In this document: positions 39,307 through 48,734 of the stretch, piece by piece
Layout: the number at the start of each line of letters is the position of its first letter
Position numbering within the stretch: the stretch's first letter is position 1
Origin: Myxococcota bacterium
GTDB lineage: Bacteria; Myxococcota_A; UBA796; UBA2385
Direction of reading: 5' to 3'
Length of the DNA: 64,000 bases
NCBI GenBank assembly: GCA_044344255.1
Contig: JBIJDH010000006.1
Span: 32,001-96,000 of the forward strand
The notes under the pieces: generated by a model
What the model saw: only the letters and a program-made list of their open reading frames with translations
Databases searched by the model: none
What the model was told of the DNA's origin: nothing
Translations under genes and position numbers: made by a program

Positions 39307-40208
39307 CCGGCGACCTCGAACAGGAAGGGGAAGGCGTAGACGTGGTCCGGATCGGCCTCCCTGCGGACCTGCACCCACATCTTGTAGAGCCCGCCCGCGG
39401 GCATCACGTAGTGGAAGGGGAGGTCTGGGCCGTTGTATTGGTGAGGCATCTCCATGCCGGGCGCCATGCTGTCCATCCCGGGGAACCAGGCGTGGGTGTG
39501 TGTGACCCAGGAGAGGTCGGCCTGCACGACGGCGGCGTGGGCGTCGGCGCCGAGCCAGGGGGTGACGTCGGTGACTGGGGCGCCGTCGGCGTCGGTGAGG
39601 TGGACGGTCCAGATCGCCTCGTAGCCGGCGACCGCCGGGACGTCCCAGGTCAGGGTGGCGGTGAGGTCGTCCACCATGACCTGGGTTCGCAGATCCTCGA
39701 CCGGCGCGTCGAGCTGGGGCACGTCACCGCCCACCTCCAAGTCGCCCTCTCGTGTGAACCAGGCGTTCTGGTGGGCGAAGTCGAAGACGAGGTGATGCGG
39801 CCCCGAGCGGTCGAAGGTGATCGGGAAGGAGTAGGTGGCCTCTCGGAGATTATCGGCGGTGACCGGGGTGGAGTCTTCCTGGTGGAGGTGCTGGAAGGCC
39901 TCGAGGTCGCGGCTGATGAAGAGGGTGTGCACCATCCGCTCGTGGTTCTGCTGGAGGTCCTCGATCGGGCAGGCGTCCTGATCGGTGATCTGGAGGGTGA
40001 AGGTGGCCTCTTCGCCCGCGACGGGGGGGGCTGGGGCGGTAGACCAGCTCACGTTGTACGCCGTCGTCTGGGTGTCGCCGCAGGCGGCGGGCTCGGCGGT
40101 GTCCGCGGCCTTGGTACAGCCGGCGAGGCCGAGGGCGACGAGCGCGACCCGGGTGACGCGGGTGACGCGGGTGACGCGGGTGACGAGGGCGGGGTTGAGC
40201 GGGCGCAT
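39303..40208 (-). CDS. Secreted His-rich, heavy-metal-binding-type lipoprotein
   Basis: Lipobox LAGC; two halves with HERMVH...FQHLH and PWLGADAH...THTH; Met-rich loop PGMDSMAPGMEMPH; G.YKMWVQ. Confidence 0.75.
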   Translation of the reverse strand: MRPLNPALVTRVTRVTRVTRVALVALGLAGCTKAADTAEPAACGDTQTTAYNVSWSTAPAPPVAGEEATFTLQITDQDACPIEDLQQNHERMVHTLFISRDLEAFQHLHQEDSTPVTADNLREATYSFPITFDRSGPHHLVFDFAHQNAWFTREGDLEVGGDVPQLDAPVEDLRTQVMVDDLTATLTWDVPAVAGYEAIWTVHLTDADGAPVTDVTPWLGADAHAAVVQADLSWVTHTHAWFPGMDSMAPGMEMPHQYNGPDLPFHYVMPAGGLYKMWVQVRREADPDHVYAFPFLFEVAG

Positions 40209-40260
40209 GCGGGAGACTAACGGCCTGTCCGAGGGTCGGACCCCCCGTTACGGCGTCGCG

Positions 40261-40899
40261 ATGAGCGACGAACTCCTCCTTGGCCACTCGCGCTTCCGCA
40301 ACAGCTACGTGAAGCGGACGCGCTCCTTCCTCGACAAGCTGGCGGCGGAGTCCCAAAACCCGGACGCCCTGTTCATCGGCTGCTCCGACTCCCGGGTGAT
40401 CCCCGAGCTGCTCACGAGCTCGAGCCCGGGCAAGCTCTTCGTGATTCGGAACGTGGCGAACATCGTGCCCACCTTCGCCAACGTCGACTCCAGCGTCGGC
40501 GCGGCGATCGAGTACGGCCTCGGCGTGCTCGGCGTCGAGAACATCGTGGTCTGCGGCCACACGGGCTGCGGCGGTGTCGAGGCCTTGCTGGGCGACGACC
40601 ACCACGGGCTCGACACGATGCCCTCGGTCAAGGAGTGGCTGGAGGCCGCCCGGCCCGCGGTGATGTCGGTCCGCCGCGCCGATCGTGAGGCTTGGTGGCG
40701 CGCGGCGGTGGAGGCGAACGTGCTGTCCTCCATGTCCAACCTCGCGTCCTACCCCTGCGTGGCGCGTGCCCTCGAGGAGGACCGCTTGGACCTTCACGGC
40801 TGGGTCTACGACCTCCGTGGCGCCCACCTCGACGTCTACGACGGTCGACAGCGGGCCTTCGTTCCGCCCGATCAAGTGCTCTCCCGCACACTCGTGTGA
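40261..40899 (+). CDS. Beta-class carbonic anhydrase
   Basis: FIGCSDSRV, RNVAN, AAIEY, CGHTGCGG, HGWVYD. Confidence 0.95.
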   Translation: MSDELLLGHSRFRNSYVKRTRSFLDKLAAESQNPDALFIGCSDSRVIPELLTSSSPGKLFVIRNVANIVPTFANVDSSVGAAIEYGLGVLGVENIVVCGHTGCGGVEALLGDDHHGLDTMPSVKEWLEAARPAVMSVRRADREAWWRAAVEANVLSSMSNLASYPCVARALEEDRLDLHGWVYDLRGAHLDVYDGRQRAFVPPDQVLSRTLV

Positions 40900-41034
40900 G
40901 CCCGGGCACGCTGACGTGACGCTTTTCCTTGCGGCCTCGTCAACGCTAGCGCATAGTCCAGCTTGGTTGCCTTGGCCTTCCTGGCTCAGCTGGATAGATA
41001 GGTAGGTAAGTCTCCCGACGCTGTGAGGTTCAAC

Positions 41035-41892
41035 ATGTCCGCGCTCACCATCCCCGTCGCCGTCTTGGCGCTCACCCTCTCCTCGGTCGCGCAGGCGGCC
41101 TGCCCCACCGGCATGAACGAGATCACCGGAACCACCGGTGATGACATCTTGAATGGCACCTCCGCCGCGGATTGTATCCTCGGCCTCGCCGGCAACGACA
41201 CCATCAAGGGCTTCGGTGGGAATGACTACGTCGAAGGTGGGGACGGCGACGACCTCATCGACGGCGGGTCGGGCAACGACACCTTGTACGGCAACAACGG
41301 GAACGACGACATCAGCGGCTCGACCGGCGATGACATCCTCTACGGCGTGAACGGGAACGACATCCTCCGCGGCGCCACGGGCAACGACCTGCTCTACGGC
41401 CAGAACAACGACGACGACCTCCGCGGCAGCGACGGCAACGACACGCTCGACGGCGGCGGCGGCAACGACGCCCTCTCCGGCGGCAACGGCAACGACATCC
41501 TCTACGGGCGGTCGGGTGTGGACGCCATCCTCGGCGGCGCCGGCGACCACGACAAGATCTACGGCAGCTACGACAATGACACCATCACGGACGGCGACGG
41601 CGCCGTGTACGTGTCGGGTGACTCCGAGGATGACATCCTCAAGGTGACCTACCGCCTCGGCTGGCGGAACACCTCGGGCGCGGCCACCGTCAACGCGGTG
41701 TACGGCAACGCGGGCAACGACACCGTGCAGGTGATCTTCGACGTCTCCGAGACCTTCACCCTCAAGATCTACGGCGACGCGGCGACCGCCGCCGCGACCG
41801 ACGGCACCGCCGACATCTCGAAGTGCACCGGCACCTTCAGCGCGACCTCGGCGTCGAGCGGCTTCGAGACCGAAGGCGCGAACTGCCCGTAG
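41035..41892 (+). CDS. Secreted RTX-type (hemolysin Ca-binding repeat) protein
   Basis: Sec signal peptide; many GxxGNDxLx nonapeptide repeats. Confidence 0.88.
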   Translation: MSALTIPVAVLALTLSSVAQAACPTGMNEITGTTGDDILNGTSAADCILGLAGNDTIKGFGGNDYVEGGDGDDLIDGGSGNDTLYGNNGNDDISGSTGDDILYGVNGNDILRGATGNDLLYGQNNDDDLRGSDGNDTLDGGGGNDALSGGNGNDILYGRSGVDAILGGAGDHDKIYGSYDNDTITDGDGAVYVSGDSEDDILKVTYRLGWRNTSGAATVNAVYGNAGNDTVQVIFDVSETFTLKIYGDAATAAATDGTADISKCTGTFSATSASSGFETEGANCP

Positions 41893-41899
41893 CCTCCAC

Positions 41900-41989
41900 G
41901 GGGCTGGGGTGGGCTTCGGCCCGCCTCGCCCCGGAGGGCGCCGCCCGGCGCCGACGCGACCCCTCCCCGGAGCACCCGGAGAGGGGTCG
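41900..41989. terminator. Two hairpins between convergent genes
   Basis: GGGTGGGC-TTCG-GCCCGCCT (UUCG tetraloop) and GACCCCTC...GAGGGGTC. Confidence 0.55.
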
Positions 41990-41995
41990 TTTCGT

Positions 41996-42529
41996 TCAGG
42001 CCGGCTGCGAAGACAGCGAGGCGGGGGCGGCCCACACGAGGTCGAGGGCCTCGATGGCGGTCCAGAGCATCAGGTAGATGAGGGCCGACTTCTCGGGGTC
42101 CACGTCCATCTCACCCTCCTTCTTCTCCTCGCCGGCGCGCTCGTAGAGGGCCCAGAGCACCTCGTCGAGGAGGTGGGGCTGGGCGCGATCGGCGATGGCG
42201 CGGGCCCGCTCGTGAAGGGTGCCGTCCGCGGGCATCAGCGAGGCGGCGGCGGCCTGGACCTTCGCGGTGGCGGCGTCGATGTCGGCGCCCGAGACCTTGC
42301 GGAGCTTGCCGCCGGACTGCTCGATGACGCGGATGCTGACCGTCAGCATGTACATGGCCACCTGGGCGGCGACGGGGCCCAGCGCCTCGGCGTTCTGCTC
42401 GAAGAAGCGCGTCAGGCGGCGCTGCTCCTTGATGAGGCGGGTGGCGGTGGGGTTGAAGGCGTCCGGGTTGTTGCCGCAGGCGTCAGCCAGCTCGTGGACC
42501 TGGGCGCGGGAGATGGCGGGGTTCGACAT
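41996..42529 (-). CDS. Hypothetical helical protein
   Basis: Start reassigned to ATG 42529 (MSNPAISRAQVHEL); natural composition; family not recognised. Confidence 0.75.
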   Translation of the reverse strand: MSNPAISRAQVHELADACGNNPDAFNPTATRLIKEQRRLTRFFEQNAEALGPVAAQVAMYMLTVSIRVIEQSGGKLRKVSGADIDAATAKVQAAAASLMPADGTLHERARAIADRAQPHLLDEVLWALYERAGEEKKEGEMDVDPEKSALIYLMLWTAIEALDLVWAAPASLSSQPA

Positions 42530-42600
42530 CGACTGCTCGGTGGAAGAGGGGGGGCGGGAGCGGGGTAGGCCGCCTGGCCCGGCCCCGCGGGCTTCGCCCC

Positions 42601-45132
42601 TTACCATCCGGGTGTCTCGGGTGTCGAGGGAGGGGCGTAGAAGGCGGCGATGCGCTCCAGCACCGCGCGCGCCGGGCCGGTGACCCGCAGCATGTCGGGG
42701 ACGGAGGCCAGGAAGACGCGGCCGTACCAGCGGTCGGAGACCCTGCGGTCGAGCAGCAGCACCACGCCGCGGTCGCGTTGGGTCCGGATGAGGCGGCCGA
42801 CCCCCTGGCGGAGGCGCAGCACGGCCTCGGGGAGCGAGCGCAGCCGGAACGCGTCCTGGCCCAGGGCGGCGAGGCGCTCGGTGCGGGCCTGGGCCACGGG
42901 CTCGGTGGGAACGCGGAAGGGGAGGCGGGGGATGATCACCATCCGCAGCGCGGCGCCCGAGACGCTCACCCCCTCCCAGAAGGCGTCTGTGCCGAAGAGC
43001 ACGGCGTTGCCGTCCTCGCGGAAGCGCTCCAGCAGCCGATCTCGGCCCATCATCCCGTGGCGCAGCAAGAGGAAACGGTCGCCGAGCAGCGCGCCCACCC
43101 GGCTGTGGAGGGCGTTGACCAGCGCGTAGCTCGTGCAGAGCACGAAGACGCCGCCGCCGGCGTGGCCGATCGCGGCGGCCACGAGCTCGCTGATGCGCCC
43201 CTCGAAGTCGGGGGCGTCGGGCTCAGGGAGGTCGCGCGGGATGGCGAGCAGGGCCTGGCGCCGGTAGTCGAAGGGAGAGGGGTGGACGCCCTTGCGGATC
43301 GGCCGCTCTGGGGGCGGCTCGAGCCCGACCTGCCGCAGGAAGTGCTGGAACTCACCGTTGACCGTCATCGTCGCCGAGGTGGCGACGGTGGCCTGCATCG
43401 CCTCGAAGACACGCCCCCGCAGCGAGGGGCCGACGTCGAGCTGGGCGATGCAGAGGGCGGCGGTGGGGGCGGTCGCCCCCTTGTCGCGGGCGAGCTCGAT
43501 CCAGCGCACGTGCTCGGGCCCCTCGGCCTGAAAGCGGCTCGCGAGGCTGGCCTGCTCGCCGAGGCGGCGCATCGCGCGGCCGAGGTCGAAGAGGGGCTGC
43601 GGCTCGCGGCCGCGGTCGGCGGGGCTGAGCTCCTTCAGGGCCTCATCCAGCAGGGAGAGCTTCACGGCGAGGTGGGAGAGGCGGCTCGTCACCTCCTCGA
43701 GCGTGGGCTGGAGGAAGGTCTGCCAGCCAGGGGAGGTGCGCCACTCGGGCACCACGCGGCGGCTCTGCTGGCCGGGCTCGAGGCCGTCGGAGAGCAGCTG
43801 CTCCATCCAGCCCCGCGCCTCCTCGGCGACCACCGGCGCCGCCCGCTCGAGCTCCTCGGTGAGGTCCCAGACCCTGTCCCGCTCGGGCTGCTGCAGGGGA
43901 GACTCGGGGGCGGCGGCCCAGCGCTCGCGCAGGCGGGCGAGGGCGCCCGGGCGGCCCTTCCGACCGACCAGCGGCAGGAGGGCGCGGCGGATCGCGCGCA
44001 GGGTGAGGCGCTCCTGGTAGAGGCTGGTGGCGGCGTCCTCGAGGTGGTGCCCCTCGTCGATGACGACCCGGTCGAACTTGGGGAGGATGCCCTCGGCGCC
44101 TTCCCCCTTGACGAGGAGATCGGCGAGCAGGAGGTGGTGGTTGACCACGAGGAGGTGGGCGTCGGCCGCCCGGCGGCGGGCCTCGTAGTAGAAACACTTG
44201 TCAAAGTGGGGGCAGCGGGCGCGGAGCGTCTGGTCGTGGTCGCTCTGGATGAGCTCCCAGTCCTCGTCCTCGACGGGGAAGGCGATGTCCTGTCGGGTGC
44301 CCTCGGCCGCGGTCTCCGCCCAGCGGGCGAGGCGGCGCAGGCGGTCGCGCAGAGCGCCGCGGTCTGCGCCCTCGCCGTCGGCCTCGGCCTCCACCCGCGC
44401 CTCGGCGAGCTTTCGCCGACAGACGTAGTTGCTCCGGCCCTTGATCACCGCCGATCGCACGGCGAGGCCGCCGCGCGTGAGCACCGGCAGATCCGAGATC
44501 TGGAGCTGCCCCTGGAGCGTGAGGGTGAAGGTGGCGACGGCGACCTTGGCCTCGTTCTCGAGCGCCCAGAGCGCCGAGGGGAGCAGGTAGGCGAGCGACT
44601 TGCCGGTGCCGGTGCCGGCCTCGAGGACGGCGATGCCGCCCTCGTTCAGGGCGCGGGTGACCTCGAGGGCCATCTCGACCTGCCCCGGGCGGGCCTCGTA
44701 GCCGGGGATCGCGCCGGGGAGTGTCTCGTCGAAGAAGCGCCGCACCGCGGCCTCGGGGACGCTGCGCCGCTCCCGCACCAGGGGCTCGCAGACCCACAGC
44801 GCCCGCCGCACCTCGTTGTCGACGATGACGAAGCCCACGCCCTCTTCGCCGAAGCGCCCCGCGAGGTGCATGTCGGCGTCGGAGGCGACGAGCACCCCTG
44901 AGGGGTGGTTGTGGAAGACGGACTCACCGGGCCGCGGGCGGCTGAGCAGCGCGGGCACGGCGCCGGCGTTGCCGCGGCAGTGCACCACGATGTCTTGGAT
45001 GCGGCCCTCCGCGTCGGGCTTGCCCACGCCAAAGACCTCGACGCCGCCGGCCTCGGCGATGGCCCGGCGGAGCTCGGCGGCGGCGGCCTCGGTGAAGCGG
45101 GTGCCGGCGGGGCGGGCCCCTCCGCCGCTCAT
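42601..45132 (-). CDS. DinG/YoaA-family ATP-dependent helicase with N-terminal JAB/MPN domain
   Basis: E...HNHPSG...SDAD JAB motif; EAGTGTGKS, KGRSNYVC, IDEGHHL, TSATM, SPFDY, FWEGVSV, QGVGRLIR. Confidence 0.92.
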   Translation of the reverse strand: MSGGGARPAGTRFTEAAAAELRRAIAEAGGVEVFGVGKPDAEGRIQDIVVHCRGNAGAVPALLSRPRPGESVFHNHPSGVLVASDADMHLAGRFGEEGVGFVIVDNEVRRALWVCEPLVRERRSVPEAAVRRFFDETLPGAIPGYEARPGQVEMALEVTRALNEGGIAVLEAGTGTGKSLAYLLPSALWALENEAKVAVATFTLTLQGQLQISDLPVLTRGGLAVRSAVIKGRSNYVCRRKLAEARVEAEADGEGADRGALRDRLRRLARWAETAAEGTRQDIAFPVEDEDWELIQSDHDQTLRARCPHFDKCFYYEARRRAADAHLLVVNHHLLLADLLVKGEGAEGILPKFDRVVIDEGHHLEDAATSLYQERLTLRAIRRALLPLVGRKGRPGALARLRERWAAAPESPLQQPERDRVWDLTEELERAAPVVAEEARGWMEQLLSDGLEPGQQSRRVVPEWRTSPGWQTFLQPTLEEVTSRLSHLAVKLSLLDEALKELSPADRGREPQPLFDLGRAMRRLGEQASLASRFQAEGPEHVRWIELARDKGATAPTAALCIAQLDVGPSLRGRVFEAMQATVATSATMTVNGEFQHFLRQVGLEPPPERPIRKGVHPSPFDYRRQALLAIPRDLPEPDAPDFEGRISELVAAAIGHAGGGVFVLCTSYALVNALHSRVGALLGDRFLLLRHGMMGRDRLLERFREDGNAVLFGTDAFWEGVSVSGAALRMVIIPRLPFRVPTEPVAQARTERLAALGQDAFRLRSLPEAVLRLRQGVGRLIRTQRDRGVVLLLDRRVSDRWYGRVFLASVPDMLRVTGPARAVLERIAAFYAPPSTPETPGW

Positions 45133-46379
45133 CGAGCTCCTGCGCCGCGGCGCGCCTCGAAGAGCGCGAGCACGGCCTCCAGGTCCGGCGCGACGTCGAC
45201 GGGCCCGCTCACCGCGGAGAGGGCGGTGGCGGTGTCCTTGAGGCCGTTGCCGGTGAGCACGACGGCGACGGACTCGTCGGGGCGGATCAGGCCCTCGGCC
45301 ACCGCCGCCCGCACGCCGGCCGCGCCCGCCGCTGCGGCCGGCTCACTGAAGATCCCGCTGCGGCGGGGCACCTCGACGAGGGCCTCCAAGATGGCGGCGT
45401 CGGGCACGGCGATCCAGGCGCCGCCGGTGCGGGCCACCCACTGCAGCGCCTTGTCCGGGTTGCGGGGGTGGCCGACACAGAGCGAGTCGGCGAGGGTGTC
45501 GGCCGAGGGGATGATCGGCGCCAAGCCCTCGCGCGCGGCCCGGACAAGCGGCGCGGCGCCTGCGGCCTGCACCGCCAGCACGCGCGGAAGGCGGGGGATG
45601 AGGCCGGCCTGGAAGGCCTCGACGAGGCCGCGGGCGAGGCCGGCCACGGTGCAGCCATCACCCACGGTGATCGCCACCCAGTCGGGGATGGAGTCACCGA
45701 GCTGCTCGGCGAGCTCGAGGCCGACCGTCTTCTTGCCCTCGACCAGGTAGGGGTTCACCGCGCAGTTGCGGTTGTACCAGGGCTGCGTGGCGGCGACGGC
45801 GGCGCAGAGGTCCCACGTGGTGTCGTAGTCGGCGGCCACGCGCAGCACGTCGGCGCCGAAGATGCGGAGCTGGGCGATCTTCGAGGCGGGCGCTCGGGCG
45901 GGCACGAAGATGGTGGCCGGCAGGCCCATGCTCGCCGCGAGGCAGGCGGTGGCCGAGGCGGCGTTGCCAGTGCTGGCGCAGACGATGCGCGACTTTCCGG
46001 CCGCGACCGCCATCACCACGCCGATGGCGCTGGCGCGGTCTTTCAGCGAGGCGCTCGGGTTGCGGCCGTCGTCCTTCAGCACCGCGCGGGCCACTCCGAG
46101 CCACTCTGCCACCCGCGGGGCCTCGCTCACCGGCGAGCCGCCCACCTGGATCGGCGGCAGCCGGGCGCCGCTCGGGATGGGGAGCACCGCGGCGTAGCGC
46201 CACATCTCGATCGGGCCCGGCGGGAGGTCAGCGAGGGCCTCGATGGCCTCGGGCGCGTAGCGGACCTCCATGCGCGCCTCGCCCTGGCAGGACGGGCAGC
46301 TCCACTGCCAGGGGTCGGTGGTCTCGTGGCCGCAGCGCACGCAGGCGAGGCAGAGGACGTTGTCGGGGAGGGCCTTCAT
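45129..46379 (-). CDS. thrC: Threonine synthase
   Basis: N-terminal Zn ribbon; NPSASLKDRA (PLP Lys), ASTGNAA, EGKKT, LTGNGLKD. Confidence 0.9.
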   Translation of the reverse strand: MKALPDNVLCLACVRCGHETTDPWQWSCPSCQGEARMEVRYAPEAIEALADLPPGPIEMWRYAAVLPIPSGARLPPIQVGGSPVSEAPRVAEWLGVARAVLKDDGRNPSASLKDRASAIGVVMAVAAGKSRIVCASTGNAASATACLAASMGLPATIFVPARAPASKIAQLRIFGADVLRVAADYDTTWDLCAAVAATQPWYNRNCAVNPYLVEGKKTVGLELAEQLGDSIPDWVAITVGDGCTVAGLARGLVEAFQAGLIPRLPRVLAVQAAGAAPLVRAAREGLAPIIPSADTLADSLCVGHPRNPDKALQWVARTGGAWIAVPDAAILEALVEVPRRSGIFSEPAAAAGAAGVRAAVAEGLIRPDESVAVVLTGNGLKDTATALSAVSGPVDVAPDLEAVLALFEARRGAGAR

Positions 46380-46427
46380 GCCCTCGGGCTAATCCGAAAG
46401 GCCCGGCGCGCGCTACGCTCCGCCGCG

Positions 46428-47147
46428 ATGACCGTTCCACCGCCGCACGCCGCACGCCCCCGCGCCTTGCTCCTCCACGGCCTCGAGTCGGGCCCGCAGG
46501 GCCGTAAGGCGCGCCTGCTCGCCGAGGCCGGCTTTGAGGTGGTCGCCCCGGAGATGCCCTGCGGCCGCCGGGCGATGATGCGGGACCCTGTCTTCGCCGT
46601 CGCGATCGGCCTGGCCGTCAGCCTGCCCCTGCTCGGGGGCGCGACCCTCGGCGCGTGGGGGGTGGCCCTCGGTCTCGGCCTGCTGCCCCCGGGGTACACC
46701 GTGTTGCGGGCGACCCTGCTCCGCCGGGCGGTCCGGGCCAGCCTGCGTATCCAGCGGGCGGCGCTGCGGGCCCAGCCCTTTGACCTGCTGATGGGCTCCT
46801 CCTATGGCGGGGCGATAGGCTTGCTGCTCCTCCAGTCGGGCGACTGGACAGGCCCCTCCCTCTTGCTCTGTCCGGCCTGGCGGCTGGTGGCGAAGAAGAG
46901 CTTCGACAGCCCGCCGCCGCCCCTGTCGGCCCTCCCCGCGGCGGTCAGCGCGCGGACGCTCGTGGTGCACGGCCGGACCGACGAGACCGTCCCCTACGCA
47001 GACTCCGAGGCCCTCGTGGAGGGTAGCGCCGCGACGCTCCTGTCGGTCGAAGATGGCCACCGGCTCGACCTCGCCGTGCAGGTCGACAGCCTCCGCGAAT
47101 GGGCGGCGCGGGTCGGGGTCCTCGCCGGGCCGAGCGCGACCGGGTGA
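46428..47147 (+). CDS. Alpha/beta hydrolase with internal TM hairpin
   Basis: LHGLESGP.G.K, GSSYGG nucleophile elbow, HGRTDETVP, DGH. Confidence 0.8.
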   Translation: MTVPPPHAARPRALLLHGLESGPQGRKARLLAEAGFEVVAPEMPCGRRAMMRDPVFAVAIGLAVSLPLLGGATLGAWGVALGLGLLPPGYTVLRATLLRRAVRASLRIQRAALRAQPFDLLMGSSYGGAIGLLLLQSGDWTGPSLLLCPAWRLVAKKSFDSPPPPLSALPAAVSARTLVVHGRTDETVPYADSEALVEGSAATLLSVEDGHRLDLAVQVDSLREWAARVGVLAGPSATG

Positions 47148-47282
47148 GCGGGGCGCCGGGCGCGGTGAGCGAGGGGCTGCTCCTCTTCTCGCTCAGCGGG
47201 GTATCCTCGGAGACGCCCGACGAGTGCAGCCTCGCGCCTGCGGAGCGATAGGGCCGCCACCCAGGGAGGGCTGAGCTCGCCG

Positions 47283-48680
47283 ATGACCACCCCGCACCCC
47301 TCCGCCGCGACCGCCTCGGTTGAGGAGAGCCACCGCACCAAGGGGCTCCTTCGGTTGACGATGGCCTGCAACGAGCGCTGCCCCTTCTGCAACGTGCCCG
47401 TCGAGGACTACCCCCGGCCGACGCCGCCGGAGGCCGAGGTGGCGGCGGCCCTCGACGCCTTCGTGCAGAGCGGGGAGCAGACGCTGACGATCTCGGGCGG
47501 GGAGCCCACCCTCCTTCGGGTCCGGCTTCTGCGGGTGATCACCGAGGCCCGGGGCCGGGGGGTGCCCTTCGTCGAGCTCCAGACCAACGCCGTCCTGATC
47601 GATCCCCCCTACGCCCAGGCCCTCGCCCAGGCCGGGCTCACCTCGGCCTTCGTGTCCCTGCTCTCCGACGACCCCGCCCTGCACGACCGCCTCGCCGGCC
47701 TCGACGGGGCCTGGCCGCGCTGCCTCGCCGGCATTGACGCCCTCACGGCGGTGGGCGTGCGGGTGACGCTCAACCCGGTGGTGGCGGCGGACACCCAGGA
47801 TCGGCTCCCCCGCTATCTCCGCTTCGTGTCGGAGCGCCTGCGCGGTGTGCGCTCGGTCTCCCTCTCGGCTGTGCAGCCCCACGGGCGGGCGGCGAATGAC
47901 CCGTCCCTCCTCCCCGATTATTCGGTGCTCGGGCCAGGGGTGCGGGAGGCGCGCCGCCTCGCCGTCGAGCTCGGTATCGCGCTCCTAAACCCCTATTGTG
48001 GCCTCCCCCTCTGTGTCGGCTGGGAGGACGGCCTCGCCCACAGCGTAGAGGCGGTCGAGGCCCAGTCGGGCGGCTGGCGAGAGACCCCGGGGATCGAGAA
48101 CCAGGGTGACAAGCGACAGGGCCCCCCCTGCCTCGACTGCGCGCTGCGCGCCCGCTGCGGTGGCGCCTGGCACGCCTATTGGGAGCACCGCGGCGGCGCA
48201 GGCCTCGTCGCCCCCCTCCGCCTCCGTGGGCCCTGGGTGAGCCCGATGGGCCCCGGGGAGCGGCGGGTCGCGCTCGATGAGCCCGCTGCCCCCGCCGCCG
48301 AGGGGGGAGCCTGTTTTCGCTGGCACACCCTCACGGACCTCGACCGCGCCGGGGTGGAGCGGCTGCTGCGGGCGCCGATCGACGGGGTGGGGCTCGACCT
48401 CTCCGGGCAGCCCCTGTCGGCCGCCACCTTGGGCGGCGCGCGCCGACTGCTGTCGGCCCGGGCCCTCCGCCCACCCCAGCGACAGACCGCGCTCTGGCTC
48501 GCTCTCCGGCCCGCCTCCCGCCTCGAGGCCAGCCGCGCCGTGGCCATCGCCGCGGCGATGGGCGTGGACGCGCTCACCCTGCGGGTCTCCGCGCCCGACG
48601 CTTGGGCGCCCCTCGCGGCGGCCCTCTCGGCCACCTCCGGCCTGTCCGTGTCTGTCCTCGGCTCGCCAGAGGATCCCTGA
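47283..48680 (+). CDS. Radical SAM protein with C-terminal Cys cluster (SPASM/twitch-like) and extension
   Basis: CNERCPFC, ISGGEPTL, LQTNA, GLPLC, CLDCALRARCGG. Confidence 0.88.
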   Translation: MTTPHPSAATASVEESHRTKGLLRLTMACNERCPFCNVPVEDYPRPTPPEAEVAAALDAFVQSGEQTLTISGGEPTLLRVRLLRVITEARGRGVPFVELQTNAVLIDPPYAQALAQAGLTSAFVSLLSDDPALHDRLAGLDGAWPRCLAGIDALTAVGVRVTLNPVVAADTQDRLPRYLRFVSERLRGVRSVSLSAVQPHGRAANDPSLLPDYSVLGPGVREARRLAVELGIALLNPYCGLPLCVGWEDGLAHSVEAVEAQSGGWRETPGIENQGDKRQGPPCLDCALRARCGGAWHAYWEHRGGAGLVAPLRLRGPWVSPMGPGERRVALDEPAAPAAEGGACFRWHTLTDLDRAGVERLLRAPIDGVGLDLSGQPLSAATLGGARRLLSARALRPPQRQTALWLALRPASRLEASRAVAIAAAMGVDALTLRVSAPDAWAPLAAALSATSGLSVSVLGSPEDP

Positions 48681-48733
48681 ATGCCCGCCGCCGCTGTCCC
48701 CGCCGGCCTGCTCACCTTGGACGGCGGCCGCCT
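48293..48733 (+). repeat. Direct repeat copy 1 (3' end of radical SAM gene plus downstream sequence)
   Basis: Aligns by eye with 53476-53822. Confidence 0.85.
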
Positions 48734-48734
48734 C

